DNA of 27,118 bases from a virus (taxonomy: Duplodnaviria; Caudoviricetes). Where the stretch lies: IMG/VR virus record IMGVR_UViG_3300032247_001593, positions 1-27,118 of that record. One strand, given 5' to 3'. The translations under genes and the position numbers were made by a program. Below the pieces are notes generated by a model. The model did no database searches. It was not told the DNA's origin and saw only the letters and a program-made list of their open reading frames with translations. This document shows, in pieces, positions 25,417 to 27,118 of the stretch (position 1 is the first letter of the stretch; the number at the start of each line of letters is the position of its first letter).

Positions 25417-26315
25417 ATCCTGTCCTGTTTCCTAGCCTTTACTAGATTGCGTATACCCACCCTGTTGTAACCGTCAACATTGAAATCAGACCAATCGCTG
25501 TTGCCTAAGGCTATATGCATGCATTTAGTCGGAATTAATCCAACAGCTGCACACACGCTTAGTTGATGCTTACGGTATATATTTGGAATGAAATCGGGTG
25601 ACTCTAAATTCTCAATGAAATACATACCTATCTTAGCAGCGCCTAGCACGGTATGATCATATCTGTTCTGTTGTGCGATAGGATAATCGTCGTCTATGTT
25701 GCTATAGCGCACACCGCTGCGAACATGCCCAAGCCCTGTGCCTTTTGTTAGGCTGAAACTCACACTTTCTATAGCAGGGTGTTCTACGGAGAATTCAACA
25801 TCAACCGAAGTGCCAATGTAAGCACAGTCTACTATCACTGGCACCTTGAGATCATAACACGTATCTAACATGCTGTAGAAGCCAACTGGTAGATCTCCAG
25901 TTGTACAATGAGGCACACTGACTATCACATAATCGTTTTCAGCGATTGGCTCATCTTCTATGAATTTCCAATCCCTGACTATGCGACGATGATATGCGTA
26001 TTCTCCTTTATAGAATCTAAGCCTGCGATTGGCATATCTATGATAGGATTCATCAAATGTCTGCGTGGTTCCGTTTATCAAATGTTGCTGACTGAACCTT
26101 TGCAACCCGTCTATGGTATTAAGCTTCATGTTTTTCAGATAATCACGATACATACCAAGATATGCCAATCTACAGTTAAGCGGATCATTGCTATCAGCAA
26201 ACCATTTTGCCCATGGCATTTCTTTAAACAAGTTCACAAACTTTACATCGTAAACCGCAGCAGTCTTATGGCCCACGAGATCTTTTTCTATCAAAGATTT
26301 CTTATCAAACATCAT
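25413..26315 (-). CDS. PLP-dependent enzyme (fold type I, aminotransferase/aldolase-like)
   Basis: INGTTQTFD, GEY, VIVDCAY (PLP-binding Asp), SFSLTKG (Schiff-base Lys), RSGVR. Confidence 0.82.
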   Translation of the reverse strand: MMFDKKSLIEKDLVGHKTAAVYDVKFVNLFKEMPWAKWFADSNDPLNCRLAYLGMYRDYLKNMKLNTIDGLQRFSQQHLINGTTQTFDESYHRYANRRLRFYKGEYAYHRRIVRDWKFIEDEPIAENDYVIVSVPHCTTGDLPVGFYSMLDTCYDLKVPVIVDCAYIGTSVDVEFSVEHPAIESVSFSLTKGTGLGHVRSGVRYSNIDDDYPIAQQNRYDHTVLGAAKIGMYFIENLESPDFIPNIYRKHQLSVCAAVGLIPTKCMHIALGNSDWSDFNVDGYNRVGIRNLVKARKQDRI

Positions 26316-27118
26316 AACTCCGGAGTACCTGTCAATATCGCATGGAATTCTTTCAAACTACGTGACATTGATTCATTACGTATCTCATCCAATCTATTAG
26401 TATATTTCCAAAATTTTTGTAACGCGTCTGATTGATCGTCATGTAACATGAATTTTTTCCATTTCGACAGATGGTCAGCAACACCTCGGCTGATCAATTC
26501 GCGCCTTGCATCGTCATCAGGATAAAGTTCATTACTGAGAGCCTGTAATTGTGATAACCGTGTGTCAAAATGCTGTGCTATAGCTAACTTAACCCTATAA
26601 GGCAGTGCTCTACAGCTAAGATGTTTTGGATTGTACAATGGATGGAACAATATCAAAGGACTAAATTCTGTCCAGCCTATGCGTTTAAATTTCTTGCGCA
26701 TGAACCATTCTAACATTTCTGGTATATACCATATGTTATAAATCATCACAGTGCTGGCTATCCATACATTGAAATTTATGGTTTGATCGGAGTCTATCCT
26801 ATCCAGATTTTCTTCAATCATGTGCCATTTGCTGGGATGCCGTATGTAATCATTCACATCGCCTATGCCATCTACGCTTGCGCCAATCCTTACCTGTTTG
26901 AAATGCGGCCACAGTTCCCAAGCCCTAGGAGGTATCTTGACGATGTTGCTGTTGTATTCGATAATCATATTACGGCTAATACCGAGATCTATGCAACGCT
27001 GCAGGAAATCATACTGTTGATCTATGAGCGTTGGTTCTCCGCCAACAGTGTGCACATGTTTGATGTTAGCGGCATTCTTATCAACGTGTTCCCAGAACTT
27101 AGAGCTCTCGTACCACTC
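26312..27118 (-). CDS. Radical SAM protein, paralogue of 24106-25416 (5' end outside the window)
   Basis: Frame open to the window edge (EWYESSKFWEHVDKNAANIKHVHTVGGEPTL); YNSN, GASVDG, DYIRHPSKW, LDEIR. The CX3CX2C motif would lie beyond 27118. Confidence 0.88.
   Translation of the reverse strand, partial: EWYESSKFWEHVDKNAANIKHVHTVGGEPTLIDQQYDFLQRCIDLGISRNMIIEYNSNIVKIPPRAWELWPHFKQVRIGASVDGIGDVNDYIRHPSKWHMIEENLDRIDSDQTINFNVWIASTVMIYNIWYIPEMLEWFMRKKFKRIGWTEFSPLILFHPLYNPKHLSCRALPYRVKLAIAQHFDTRLSQLQALSNELYPDDDARRELISRGVADHLSKWKKFMLHDDQSDALQKFWKYTNRLDEIRNESMSRSLKEFHAILTGTPEL

Noticed and set aside
1103-27118. TAG stop-codon reassignment (all 29 visible stops are TAA or TGA)
   Set aside because: Genes are full length under the standard code and need no in-frame TAG read-through; TAG is commonly rare.
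14476-27118. RiPP precursor peptide within the island
   Set aside because: Intergenic gaps are at most about 50 bp and no short same-strand ORF with an SD was found; a precursor could lie outside the window.

Overview
This window is from a large (jumbo) myovirus-type dsDNA phage; the conserved genes and their order resemble RaK2/GAP32-like and related uncultured jumbo phages (recognised from motifs, not from a search). The left half (1-14359, all minus strand) is a core module. In transcription order it holds a tail tube protein, a second tube-fold protein with a long Gly/Tyr-rich tail, a hypothetical protein, an inserted radical SAM enzyme, a gp4-like head-completion nuclease, two paralogous helical proteins (possible small terminase) bracketing an extra gene, several probable internal head proteins, the large terminase, a gp32-like SSB and a UvsX/RecA. 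T4-late-like TAAATA promoters precede many of these genes. The right half (14476 to the end) is an AT-richer, tightly packed island of 15 or more tailoring enzymes in two convergent operons: 5 radical SAM (one cobalamin-dependent type), 6 Fe(II)/2-oxoglutarate oxygenase-type proteins, a GNAT-like protein, a PP-loop ATPase, an SDR and a PLP enzyme. The island looks like a phage-encoded modification or biosynthetic pathway placed inside the morphogenesis region. No substrate or precursor is visible, so its product is unknown.
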